From positions 373,984,001-374,048,000 of the forward strand of contig OZ024741.1 of the NCBI GenBank assembly GCA_964016885.1: a DNA stretch of 64,000 nucleotides, read 5' to 3'. The position numbers and the translations under genes were made by a program. This stretch comes from Eledone cirrhosa. Taxonomy: Eukaryota. Positions within the stretch are counted from its first letter, which is position 1. Every line of letters starts with the position of its first letter. Below, piece after piece: positions 22,343 to 37,300 of the stretch. The notes beneath the pieces were generated by a model, which saw only the letters and a program-made list of their open reading frames with translations, searched no databases and was not told the DNA's origin.

Positions 22343-25300
22343 TATATTACCAATAGTTTAATACTAACTACAGTAGCAGTAATTACCAATAGTTTAATAC
22401 TAACTACAATAACAGTAATTACCAATAGTTTAATACTAACTACAGTAGCAGTAATTACCAATAGTTTAATACTAACTACAATAACAGTAATTACCAATAG
22501 TTTAATACTAACTACAGTAGCAGTAATTACCAATAGTTTAATACTAACTACAGTAGCAGTAATTACCAATAGTTTAATACTAACTACAATAACAGTAATT
22601 ACCAATAGTTTAATACTAACTACAGTAGCAGTAATTACCAATAGTTTAATACTAACTACAGTAGCAGTAACTACCAATAGTTTAATACTAACTACAGTAG
22701 CAGTAATTACCAATAGTTTAATACTAACTACAGTAGCAGTAATTACCAATAGTTTAATACTAACTACAATAGCACTAATTACCAATAGTTTAATACTAAC
22801 TACAGTAGCAGTAATTACAAATAGTTTAATACTAATTACAATAGCAATAATTACCAATAGTTTAATACTATCTACAACAGCAGTAATTACCAATAGTTTA
22901 ATGCTAACTACAGTAGCAATAATAACCAATAGTTTAATACTAACTACAACAGCAGTAATTACCAAAAGTTTAATACTAACTACAGTAGCAGTAATTACCA
23001 ATAGTTTAATACTAAATACAGTAGCAGTAATTACCAATAGTTTAATACTAACTACAGTAAGAGTAATTACAAATAGTTTAATACTAACTACAATAGCAGT
23101 AATTACCAATAGTTTAATGCTAACTACAGTAGCAATAATAACCAATAGTTTAATACTAACTACAGTAGCAGTAATTACCAATAGTTTAATACTAACTACA
23201 GTAGCAGTAATTACCAATAGTTTAATACTAACTACAATAGCAGTAATTACCAATAGTTTAATACTAAATAAGGTAGCAGAAATTACCAATAGTTTAATAC
23301 TAACTACAGTAGCAGTAATTACCAATAGTTTAATACTAACTACAGTAACAGTAATTAACAATAGTTTAATACTAACTACAATAGCAGTAATTACCAATAG
23401 TTTAATACTAACTACAGTAGCAATAATTACCAATAGTTTAATACTAACTACAGTAGCAGTAATTACCAATAGTTTAATACTAACTACAATAGCAGTAATT
23501 ACCAATAGTTTAATATTAACTACAGTAACAGTAATTACCAATAGTTTAATACTAACTACAATAGCAGTAATTACCAATAGTTTAAGACTAACTACAGTAG
23601 CAGTAATTACGAATAGTTTAATACTAACTACAGTAGCAGTTATTACCAATAGTTTAATACTAACGACAACAGCAGTAATTACCAATAATTTAATACTAAC
23701 TACAATAGCAGTAATTACCAATAGTTTAATTCTAACTACATTTGCAGTAATTACCAATAGTTTAATACTAACTACAGTAGCAATAATAACCAATAGTTTA
23801 ATACTAACTATAGTAGCAGTAATTACCAATAGTTTAATACTAACTACAGTAGCAGTAACTACCAATAGTTTAATACTAACTACAATAGCAGTAATTACCA
23901 ATAGTTTAATACTAACTGCAGTAGCAGTAATTACCAATAGTTAAATACTAACTACAATAGCAGCAATTACCAATAGTTTAATACTAACTACAATAGCAAT
24001 AATAACCAATAGTTTAATACTAACTACGGTAGCAGTAATTACCAATAGTTTAATACTAACTACAGTAGCAGTAATTACCAATAGTTTAATACTAACTACA
24101 GTAACAGTAATTACCAATAGTTTAATACTAACTACAATAGCAGTAATTACCAATAGTTTAATACTAACTACAGTAGCAATAATTACCAATAGTTTAATAC
24201 TAACTAGAGTAGCAGTAATTACCAATAGTTTAATACTAACTACAACAGCAGTAACTACCAATAGTTTAATACTAACTACAGTAACAGTAATTACCAATAG
24301 TTTAATACTAACTACAATAGCAGTAATTACCAATAGTTTAATACTAACTACTGTAGCAGTAATTACCAATAGTTTAATACTAACTACAATAGCAGTAATT
24401 ACCAATAGTTTAATACTAACCACGGTAGCAGTAATTACCAATAGTTTAATACTAACTACAGTAGCAGTAATTATCAATAGTTTAATACTAACTACAGTAG
24501 CAGTAATTACCAATAATTTAATACTAACTACAGTAGAAGTAATAACCAATAGTTTAATACTAACTACAATAGCAGTAATTACCAATAGTTTAATACTAAC
24601 TGCAGTCGCAGTAATTACCAATAGTTTAATACTAACTACAGTAGCAGTAATTACCAATAGTTTAATACTAACTACAGTAGCAGTAATTACCAATAGTTTA
24701 ATACTAACTAAAGTAAGAGTAGTTGCAAATAGTTTAATACTAACTACAATAGCAGTAATTACCAATAGTTTACTAATAACTACATTTGCAGTAATTACCA
24801 ATAGTTTAATACTAACTACAGTAGCAATAATAACCAATAGTTTAATACTAACAATAGTAGCAGTAATTACCGATAGTTTAATACTAACTACAGTAGCAGT
24901 AACTACCAATAGTTTAATACTAACTACAATAGCAGTAATTACCAATAGTTTAATACTAACTGCAGTAGCAGTAATTACCAATAGTTTAATACAAACTACA
25001 GTAGCAGTAATTACCAATAGTTTAATACTAACTACAGTAGCAATAATTGCCAATAGTTTAATACTAACTACAGTAGCAGTAATTACCAATAGTTTAATAC
25101 TAACTACAGTAGCAGTAATTACCAATAGTTTAATACTAACTACAGTAAGAATAATTGCAAATAGTTTAATACTAACTAAAATAGAAGTAATTACCAATAG
25201 TTTAATACTAACTACAGTAGCAGTAATTAACAATAGTTTAATACTAACTACAATAGCAGTAATTACCAGTAGTTTAATACTAACTACAGTAGCAGTAATT

Positions 25301-28300
25301 ACAAATAGTTTAATATTAATTACAATAGCAATAATTACCAATAGTTTAATACTATCTACAACAGCAGTAATTACCAATAGTTTAATGCTAACTACAGTAG
25401 CAATAATAACCAATAGTTTAATACTAACTACAACAGCAGTAATTACCAAAAGTTTAATACTAACTACAGTAGCAGTAATTACCAATAGTTTAATACTAAA
25501 TGCAGTAGCAGTAATTAGCAATAGTTTAATACTAACTACAGTAAGAGTAATTACAAATAGTTTAATACTAACTACAATAGCAGTAATAACCAATAGTTTA
25601 ATGCTAACTACAGTAGCAATAATAACCAATAGTTTAATACTAACTACAGTAGCAGTAATTACCAATAGTTTAATACTAACTACAGTAGCAGTAATTACCA
25701 ATAGTTTAATACTAACTACAATAGCAGTAATTACCAATAGTTTAATACTAAATAAGGTAGCAGAAATTACCAATAGTTTAATACTAACTACAGTAGCAGT
25801 AATTACCAATAGTTTAATACTAACTACAGTAACAGTAATTAACAATAGTTTAATACTAACTACAATAGCAGTAATTACCAATAGTTTAATACTAACTACA
25901 GTAGCAATAATTACCAATAGTTTAATACTAACTACAGTAGCAGTAATTACCAATAGTTTAATACTAACTACAATAGCAGTAATTACCAATAGTTTAATAT
26001 TAACTACAGTAACAGTAATTACCAATAGTTTAATACTAACTACAATAGCAGTAATTACCAATAGTTTAAGACTAACTACAGTAGCAGTAATTACGAATAG
26101 TTTAATACTAACTACAGTAGCAGTAATTACCAATAGTTTAATACTAACGACAACAGCAGTAATTATCAATAATTTAATACTAACTACAATAGCAGTAATT
26201 ACCAATAGTTTAATTCTAACTACATTTGCAGTAATTACCAATAGTTTAATACTAACTACTGTAGCAGTAATTACCAATAGTTTAATACTAACTACAATAG
26301 CAGTAATTACCAATAGTTTAATACTAACTACGGTAGCAGTAATTACCAATATTTTAATACTAACTACGGTAGCAGTAATTACCAATAGTTTAATACTAAC
26401 TACAATAGCAGTAATTACCAATAGTTTAATACTAACTACAATAGCAGTAATTACCAATCGTTTAACACTAACTACAGTAGTAGTAATTACAAATAGTTTA
26501 ATACTAACTACAATAGCAGTAATTACCAATAGTTTAATACTATCTACAACAGCAGTAATTATCAATAGTTTAATACTAACTACAGTAGCAGTAATTTCCA
26601 ATAGTTTAATACTAACTAGAGTAGCAGTAATTACCAATAGTTTAATACTAACTACAGTAGCAGTAATTACCAATAGTTTAATACTAACTACAATAGAAGT
26701 AATTCCCAATAGTTAAATATTAACTACAATAGCAGTAATTGCCAATAGTTTAATACTAACTACAGTAGCAGTATTTACCAATAGTTAAATATTAACTACA
26801 ATAGCAGTAATTGCCAATAGTTTAATACTAACTAGAATAGCAGTAATTACCAATAGTTTAATACTAACTACAGTAGCAGTAATTACCAATAGTTTAATAC
26901 TAACTACAGTAGCAGTTATTACCAATAGTTTAATACTAACTACAATAGCAGTAATTACCAATAGTTTAATACTAACTACAATAGCAGTAATTACCAATAG
27001 TTTAATACTAACTACAGTAGCAGTAATTACCAATAGTTTAATACTAACTGCAACGGCAGTAATTGCCAATAGTTTAATACTAACTACAGTAGCAGTAATT
27101 ACCAATAGTTTAATACTAACTACAATAGCAGTAATTACCAATAGTTTAATACTAACTACAGTAGCAGTAATTACCAATAGTTTAATACTAACTACAGTAG
27201 CAGTAATTACCAATAGTTTAATACTAACTACAGTACCAGTAATTACCAATAGTTTAATACTAACTACAGTAGCAGTAATTTCCAATAGTTTAATACTAAT
27301 TACAACAACAGTAATTACCAATAATTTAATACTAACTACAGTAGCAGTAATTACCAATAGTTTAATACTAACTACAATAGCAGTAATTAACAATAGTTTA
27401 ATACTAACTACAATAGCAGTAATTACCAATAGTTTAATACTAACTACAGTAGGAGTAATTACCAATAGTTTAATACTAACTACAGTAGCAGTAATTACCA
27501 ATAGTTTAATACTAGCTACAATAGCAGTAATTACCAATAGTTTAATACTAACTACAGTAGCAGTAATTACCAATAGTTTAATACTAACTACAATAGCAGT
27601 AATTACCAATAGTTTAATACTAACTACAGTAGCAGTAATTACCAATAGTTTAATACTAACTACAGTAGCAGTAATTACCAATAGTTTAATACTAACTACA
27701 ATAGCAGTAATTACCAATAGTTTAATACTAACTACTATAGCAGTAATTACTAATAGTTTAATACTAACTACAGTAGCAGTAATTACAAATAGTTTAATAC
27801 TAACTACAATAGCAGTAATTACCAATAGTTTAATACTAACTACAGTAGCAGTAATTACCAATAGTTTAATACTAACTACAGTAGCAGTGATTACCAATAG
27901 TTTAATACTAACTACAGTAGCAGTAATTACAAATAGTTTAATACTGACTAAAATAGCAGTAATTACCAATAGTTTAGTACTACCTACAATAGCAGTAATT
28001 TCCAATAGTTTAATACTAACTAGAGTAGCAGTAATTACCAATAGTTTAATACTAACTACAATAGCAGTAATTACCAATAGTTCACTACTAACTACAGAAG
28101 CAGTAATTATCAATAGTTTAATACTAACTACAATAGCAGTAATTACGAATAGTTTAATACTAACTACAGTAGCAGTAATTACCAATAGTTTAATACTAAC
28201 GACAACAGCAGTAATTATCAATAATTTAATACTAACTACAATAGCAGTAATTACCAATAGTTTAATTCTAACTACATTTGCAGTAATTACCAATAGTTTA

Positions 28301-31300
28301 ATACTAACTACTGTAGCAGTAATTACCAATAGTTTAATACTAACTACAATAGCAGTAATTACCAATAGTTTAATACTAACTACGGTAGCAGTAATTACCA
28401 ATATTTTAATACTAACTACGGTAGCAGTAATTACCAATAGTTTAATACTAACTACAATAGCAGTAATTACCAATAGTTTAATACTAACTACAATAGCAGT
28501 AATTACCAATCGTTTAATACTAACTACAGTAGTAGTAATTACAAATAGTTTAATACTAACTACAATAGCAGTAATTACCAATAGTTTAATACTATCTACA
28601 ACAGCAGTAATTATCAATAGTTTAATACTAACTACAGTAGCAGTAATTACAAATAGTTTAATACTGACTAAAATAGCAGTAATTACCAATAGTTTAATAC
28701 TAACTACAATAGCAGTAATTTCCAATAGTTTAATACTAACTAGAGTAGCAGTAATTACCAATAGTTTAATACTAACTACAGTAGCAGTAATTACCAATAG
28801 TTTAATACTAACTACAATAGAAGTAATTCCCAATAGTTAAATATTAACTACAATAGCAGTAATTGCCAATAGTTTAATACTAACTACAGTAGCCGTATTT
28901 ACCAATAGTTAAATATTAACTACAATAGCAGTAATTGCCAATAGTTTAATACTAACTAGAATAGCAGTAATTACCAATAGTTTAATACTAACTACAGTAG
29001 CAGTAATTACCAATAGTTTAATACTAACTACAGTAGCAGTTATTACCAATAGTTTAATACTAACTACAATAGCAGTAATTACCAATAGTTTAATACTAAC
29101 TACAATAGCAGTAATTACCAATAGTTTAATACTAACTACAGTAGCAGTAATTACCAATAGTTTAATACTAACTGCAACGGCAGTAATTGCCAATAGTTTA
29201 ATACTAACTACAGTAGCAGTAATTACCAATAGTTTAATACGAACTACAATAGCAGTAATTACCAATAGTTTAATACTAACTACAGTAGCAGTAATTACCA
29301 ATAGTTTAATACTAACTACAGTAGCAGTAATTACCAATAGTTTAATACTAACTACAGTACCAGTAATTACCAATAGTTTAATACTAACTACAGTAGCAGT
29401 AATTACCAATAGTTTAATACTAGCTACAATAGCAGTAATTACCAATAGTTTAATACTAACTACAGTAGCAGTAATTACCAATAGTTTAATACTAACTACA
29501 ATAGCAGTAATTACCAATAGTTTAATACTAACTACAGTAGCAGTAATTACCAATAGTTTAATACTAACTACAGTAGCAGTAATTACCAATAGTTTAATAC
29601 TAACTACAATAGCAGTAATTACCAATAGTTTAATACTAACTACAATAGCAGTAATTACTAATAGTTTAATACTAACTACAGTAGCAGTAATTACAAATAG
29701 TTTAATACTAACTACAATAGCAGTAATTACCAATAGTTTAATACTAACTACAGTAGCAGTAATTACCAATAGTTTAATACTAACTACAGTAGCAGTGATT
29801 ACCAATAGTTTAATACTAACTACAGTAGCAGTAATTACAAATAGTTTAATACTGACTAAAATAGCAGTAATTACCAATAGTTTAGTACTACCTACAATAG
29901 CAGTAATTTCCAATAGTTTAATACTAACTAGAGTAGCAGTAATTACCAATAGTTTAATACTAACTACAATAGCAGTAATTACCAATAGTTTAATACTAAC
30001 TACAGTAGCAGTAATTACCAATAGTTTAATACTAACTACAGTAGCAGTGATTACCAATAGTTTAATACTAACTACAGTAGCAGTAATTACAAATAGTTTA
30101 ATACTGACTAAAATAGCAGTAATTACCAATAGTTTAGTACTACCTACAATAGCAGTAATTTCCAATAGTTTAATACTAACTAGAGTAGCAGTAATTACCA
30201 ATAGTTTAATACTAACTACAATAGTAGTAATTACCAATAGTTCACTACTAACTACAGAAGCAGTAATTATCAATAGTTTAATACTAACTACAATAGCAGT
30301 AATTACCAATAGTTTAATACTAACTACAGTAGCAGTAATTACCAATAGTTTAATACTAACTACAGTAGCAGTTATTACCATTAGTTTAATACTAACTACA
30401 ATAGCAGTAATTACCAATAGTTTAATACTAACTACAGTAGCAGTAATTACCAATAGTTTAATAATAACTGCAACGGCAGTAATTGCCAATAGTTTAATAC
30501 TAACTACAGTAGCAGTAATTACCAATAGTTTAATACTAACTACAATAGCAGTAATTACCAATAGTTTAATACTAACTACAGTAGCAGTAATTACCAATAG
30601 TTTAATACTAACTACAGTAGCAGTAATTACCAATAGTTTAATACTAACTACAGTACCAGTAATTACCAATAGTTTAATACTAACTACAGTAGCAGTAATT
30701 TCCAATAGTTTAATACTAATTACAACAGCAGTAATTACCAATAATTTAATACTAACTACAGTAGCAGTAATTACCAATAGTTTAATACTAACTACAATAG
30801 CAGTAATTAACAATAGTTTAATACTAACTACAATAGCAGTAATTACCAATAGTTTAATACTAACTACAGTAGCAGTAATTACCAATAGTTTAATACTAAC
30901 TACAGTAGCAGTAATTACCAATAGTTTAATACTAGCTACAATAGCAGTAATTACCAATAGTTTAATACTAACTACAGTAGCAGTAATTACCAATAGTTTA
31001 ATACTAACTACAATAGCAGTAATTACCAATAGTTTAATACTAACTACAGTAGCAGTAATTACCAATAGTTTAATACTAACTACAGTAGCAGTAATTACCA
31101 ATAGTTTAATACTAACTACAGTAGCAGTGATTACCAATAGTTTAATACTAACTACAGTAGCAGTAATTACAAATAGTTTAATACTGACTAAAATAGCAGT
31201 AATTACCAATAGTTTAGTACTACCTACAATAGCAGTAATTTCCAATAGTTTAATACTAACTAGAGTAGCAGTAATTACCAATAGTTTAATACTAAGTACA

Positions 31301-34300
31301 ATAGCAGTAATTACCAATAGTTCACTACTAACTACAGTAGCAGTAATTATCAATAGTTTAATACTAACTACAATAGCAGTAATTACCAATAGTTTAATAC
31401 TAACTACAGTAGCAGTAATTAACAATAGTTTAATACTAACTACAGTGGGCAGTAATTACCAATAGTTTAATACTAACTACAATAGCAGTAATTACCAATA
31501 GTTTAATACTAACTACAGTAGCAGAAATTACCAATAGTTTAATACTAACTACAGTAGCAGTAATTACCAATAGTTTAATACTAACTAAAATAGCAGTAAT
31601 TACCAATAGTTTAATACTAACTACAGTAGCAGTAATTACCAATAGTTTAATACTAAATACAGTAGCAGTAATTAGCAATAGTTTAATACTAACTACAGTA
31701 ACAGTAATTACCAATAGTTTAATACTAACTAGAGTAGCAGTAATTACCAATAGTTTAATACTAACTACAATAGCTGTAATTACCAATAGTTTAATACTAA
31801 CTACAATAGCAGTAATTACCAATAGTTTAATACTAACTACAGTAGCAGTAATTACAAATAGTTTAATACTAACTACAATAGCAGTAATTACCAATAGTTT
31901 AATACTAACTACAGTAGCAGTAATTACCAATCGTTTAATACTAACTACAGTAGCAGTAATTACCAATAGTTTAATACTAACTACAGTAGCAGTAATTACA
32001 AATAGTTTAATACTGACTAAAATAGCAGTAATTACCAATAGTTTAATACTACCTACAATAGCAGTAATTTCCAATAGTTTAATACTAACTAGAATAGCAG
32101 TAATTACCAATAGTTTAATACTAACTACAATAGCAGTAATTACCAATAGTTCAATACTAACTACAGTAGCAGTAATTATCAATAGTTTAATACTAACTAC
32201 AATAGCAGTAATTACCAATAGTTTAATACTAACTACAGTAGCAGTAATTAACAATAGTTTAATACTAACTACAGTAGCAGTAATTACCAATAGTTTAATA
32301 CTAACTACAATAGCAGTAATTACCAATAGTTTAATACTAACTACAGTAGCAGAAATTACCAATAGTTTAATACTAACTACAGTAGCAGTAATTACCAATA
32401 GTTTAATAGTAACTAAAATAGCAGTAATTACCAATAGTTTAATACTAACTACAGTAACAGTAATTACCAATAGTTTAATACTAACTAGAGTAGCACTAAT
32501 TACCAATAGTTTAATACTAACTACAACAGCAGTAATTACCAATAGTTTAATACTAACTACAGTAACAGTAATTACCAGTAGTTTAATACTAACGACGGTA
32601 GCAGTAATTACCAATAGTTTAATACTAACTACAGTAGCAGTAATTGCCAATAGTTTAATACTAACTACAGTAGCAGTAATTACCAATAGTTTAATACTAA
32701 CTACAGTAGCAGCAATTACCAATAGTTTAATACTAACTACAGTAGCAGTAATTACCAATAGTTTAATACTAACTACAATAGCAGTAATTACCAATAGTTT
32801 AATACTAACTACAGTAGCAGTAATTACCAATAGTTTAATACTAACTACAATAGCAGTAATTACCAATAGTTTAATACGAACTACAGTAGCAGTAATTACC
32901 AATAGTTTAATACTAACTACAACAGCAGTAATTACCAATAGTTTAATACTAACTACAGTAGCAGTAATTATAAATAGGTTAATACTGACTACAATAGCAG
33001 TAATTACCAATAGTTTAATACTAACTACAACAACAGTAATTACCAATAGTTTAATATAAATACAGTAGCAGTAATTACCAATAGGTTAATACTAACTACA
33101 ATAGCAGTAATTACCAATAGTTTAATACTAACTACAATAGCAGTAATTACCAATAGTTTAATACTAACTACAACAGCAGTAATTACCAATAGTTTAATAC
33201 TAACTACAATAGCAGTAATTACCAATAGTTTAATACTAACTACAATAGCAGTAATTACCAATATTTTAATACTAACTACAATAGCAGTAATTACCAATAG
33301 TTTAGTACTAACTACAGTAGCAGTAATTACCAATAGTTTAATACTAACTACAATAGCAATAATTACAAATAGTTTAATACTAACTACAATAGCAGTAATT
33401 ACCAATAGTTTAATACTAACTACAGTAGCAGTAATTATGATTAGTTTAATACTAACTAAAGTAGCAGTAATTACCAATAGTTTAATACTAACTACAATAG
33501 CTGTAATTACCAATAGTTTAATACTAACTACAATAGCAGTAATTACCAATAGTTTAATACTAACTAAAGTAGCAGTAATTACCAATAGTTTAATACTAAC
33601 TAAAACAGCAGTAATTATCAATAGTTTAATACTAACTACAGTAGCAGTAATTACCAATAGTTTAATACTAACTACAGTAGCAGTAATTACCAATAGTTTA
33701 ATACTAACTACAATAGCAGTAATTACCAATAGTTTAATACTAACTACAGTAGCAGTAATTACCAATAGTTTAAGACTAACTATAGTAGCAGTAATTACTA
33801 ATAGTTTAATACTAACTACAACAGCAGTAATTACCAATAGTTTAATACTAACTATAATAGCAGTAATTAGCAATAGTTTAATACTAACTACAATAGCAGT
33901 AATTACCAATAGTTTAATACTAACTACAGTATCAGTAATTACCAATAGTTTAATACTAACTACAATAGCAATAATTACCAATAGTTTAATACTAACTACA
34001 ATAGCAGTAATTACCAATAGTTTAATACTAACTACAGTAGCAGTAATTACCAATAGTTTAATACTAACTACAGTAGCAGTTATTACCAATAGTTTAATAC
34101 TAACTACAATAGCTGTAATTACCAATAGTTTAATACTAACTACAATAGCAGTAATTACCAATAGTTTAATACTAACTAAAGTAGCAGTAATTACCAATAG
34201 TTTAATACTAACTAAATCAGCAGTGATTACCAATAGTTTAATACTAACTACAGTAGCAGTAATTACCAATAGTTTAATACTAACTACAGTAGCAGTAATT

Positions 34301-37300
34301 ACCAATAGTTTAATACTAACTACAGTAGCAGTAATTACCAATATTTTAATAGTACCTACAGTAGCAGTAATTTCCAATACTTTAATACTAACTACAGTAG
34401 CAGTAATTACCAATAATTTAATACTAACTACAGTAGCAGTAATTACCATAGTTTAATACTAACTACAATAGCAGCAATTACCAATAGTCTAATACTAACT
34501 ACAATAGAAGTAATTACCAATAGTTTAATACTAACGAGAGTAGTAGTAATTACAAATGGTTTAATACTAACTACATTAGCAGTAATTACCAATAGTTTAA
34601 AACTAACTACAGTAGCAGTAAGTACCAATAGTTTAATACTAACTACATTAGCAGTAATTACCAATAGTTTAATACAAACTACAGTACCAGTAATTACCAA
34701 TAGTTTAATACTAACTACAGTAGCAGTAATTTCCAATAGTTTAATTCTAATTACAACAGCAGTAATTACCAATAATTTAATACTAACTATAGTAGCAGTA
34801 ATTACCAATAGTTTAATACTAACTACAATAGCAGTAATTACCAATAGTTTAATACTAACTACAATAGCAGTAATTACCAATAGTTTAATACTAGCTACAG
34901 TAGCAGTAATTACCAATAGTTTAATACTAACTACAGTAGCAGTAATTACCAATAGTTTAATACTAACTACAGTAGTAGTAATTACCAATAGTTTAATACT
35001 AACTACAATAGCAGTAATTACCAATAGTTTAATACTAACTACAGTAGCAGTAATTACCAATAGTTTAATACTAACTACAATAGCAATAATTACCAATAGT
35101 TTAATACTATCTACAACAGCAGTAATTACCAATAATTTAATACTAACTACAGTAGCAGTAATTACCAATAGTTTAATACTAACTACAATAGCAGTAATTA
35201 CCAATAGTTTAATACTAACTACAATAGCACTAATTACCAATAGTTTAATACTAACTACAGTAGCAGTAATTACAAATAGTTTAATACTAATTACAATAGC
35301 AATAATTACCAATAGTTTAATACTATCTACAACAGCAGTAATTACCAATAGTTTAATACTAACTACAGTAGCAGTAATTACAAATAGTTTAATACTATCC
35401 ACAACAGCAGTAATTACCAATAGTTTAATACTAACTACAACAGCAGTAATTACCAATAGTTTAATACTAACTACAGTAGCAGTAATTACCAGTAGTTTAA
35501 TACTAACTACAATAGCAGTAATTACCAATAGTTTAATACTAACTACAATAGAAGTAATTTTCAATAGTTTAATCCTAACTACAGTAGCAGTATTTACCAA
35601 TAGTTTAATAGTAACTACAATAGCAGTAATTGCCAATAGTTTAATACTAACTACAATAGCAGTAATTACCAATTGTTTAATACTAACTACAGTAGCAGTA
35701 ATTACCAATAGTTTAATACTAACTACAATAGCAGTAATTACCAATAGTTTAATACTAACTACAGTAGCAGTAATTACCAATAGTTTAATACTAACTACAA
35801 TAGCAATAATTACCAATAGTTTAATACTAACTACAATATCAGTAATTACCAATAGTTTAATACTAACTACAGTAGCAGTAATTACCAATAGTTTAATACT
35901 AACTACAGTAGCAGTTATTACCAATAGTTTAATACTAACTACAATAGCTGTAATTACCAATAGTTTAATACTAACTACAATAGCAGTAATTACCAATAGT
36001 TTAATACTAACTAAAGTAGCAGTAATTACCAATAGTTTAATACTAACTAAATCAGCAGTGATTACCAATAGTTTAATACTAACTACAGTAGCAGTAATTA
36101 CCAATAGTTTAATACTAACTACAGTAGCAGTAATTACCAGTAGTTTAATACTAACGACGGTAGCAGTAATTACCAATAGTTTAATACTAACTATAGTAGC
36201 AGTAATTGCCAATAGTTTAATACTAACTACAGTAGCAGTAATTACCAATAGTTTAATACTAACTACAGTAGCAGTAATTACCAATAGTTTAATACTAACT
36301 ACAGTAGCAGTAATTACCAATATTTTAATAGTACCTACAGTTGCAGTAATTACCAATAGTTTAATACTAACTACAGTAGCAGTAATTACCAATATTTTAA
36401 TACTAACTACAATAGCAGTAATTACCAATAGTTTAATACTAACTACAGTAGCAGTAATTACCAATAGTTTAATACTAACTACAATAGCAGTAATTACCAA
36501 TAGTTTAATACTAACTATATTAGGAGTAATTACCAATAGTTTAATACAAACTACAGTACCATTAATTACCAATAGTTTAATACTAACTACAGTAGCAGTA
36601 ATTTCCAATAGTTTAATTCTAATTACAACAGCAGTAATTACCAATAATTTAATACTAACTATAGTAGCAGTAATTACCAATAGTTTAATACTAACTACAA
36701 TAGCAGTAATTACCAATAGTTTAATACTAACTACAATAGCAGTAATTACCTATAGTTTAATACTAACTACAGTATCAGTAATTACCAATAGTTTAATACT
36801 AACTACAGTAGCAGTAATTACCAATAGTTTAATACTAACTACAGTAGCAGTAATTACCAATAGTTTAATACTAACTACAATAGCAGTAATTACCAATAGT
36901 TTAATACTAACTACAGTAGCAGTAATTACCAATAGTTTAATACTAACTACAGTAGCAGTAATTACCAATAGTTTAATACTAACTACAATAGCAGTAATTA
37001 CCAATAGTTTAATACTAACTACAGTAGCAGTAATTACCAATAGTTTAATACTAACTACAATAGCAATAATTACCAATAGTTTAATACTATCTACAACAGC
37101 AGTAATTACCAATAATTTAATACTAACTACAGTAGCAGTAATTACCAATAGTTTAATACTAACTACAATAGCAGTAATTACCAATAGTTTAATACTAACT
37201 ACAGTAGCAGTAATTACCAATAGTTTAATACTAACTACAGTAGCAGTAATTACCAATAGTTTAATACTAACTACAATAGCAGTAATTACCAATAGTTTAA

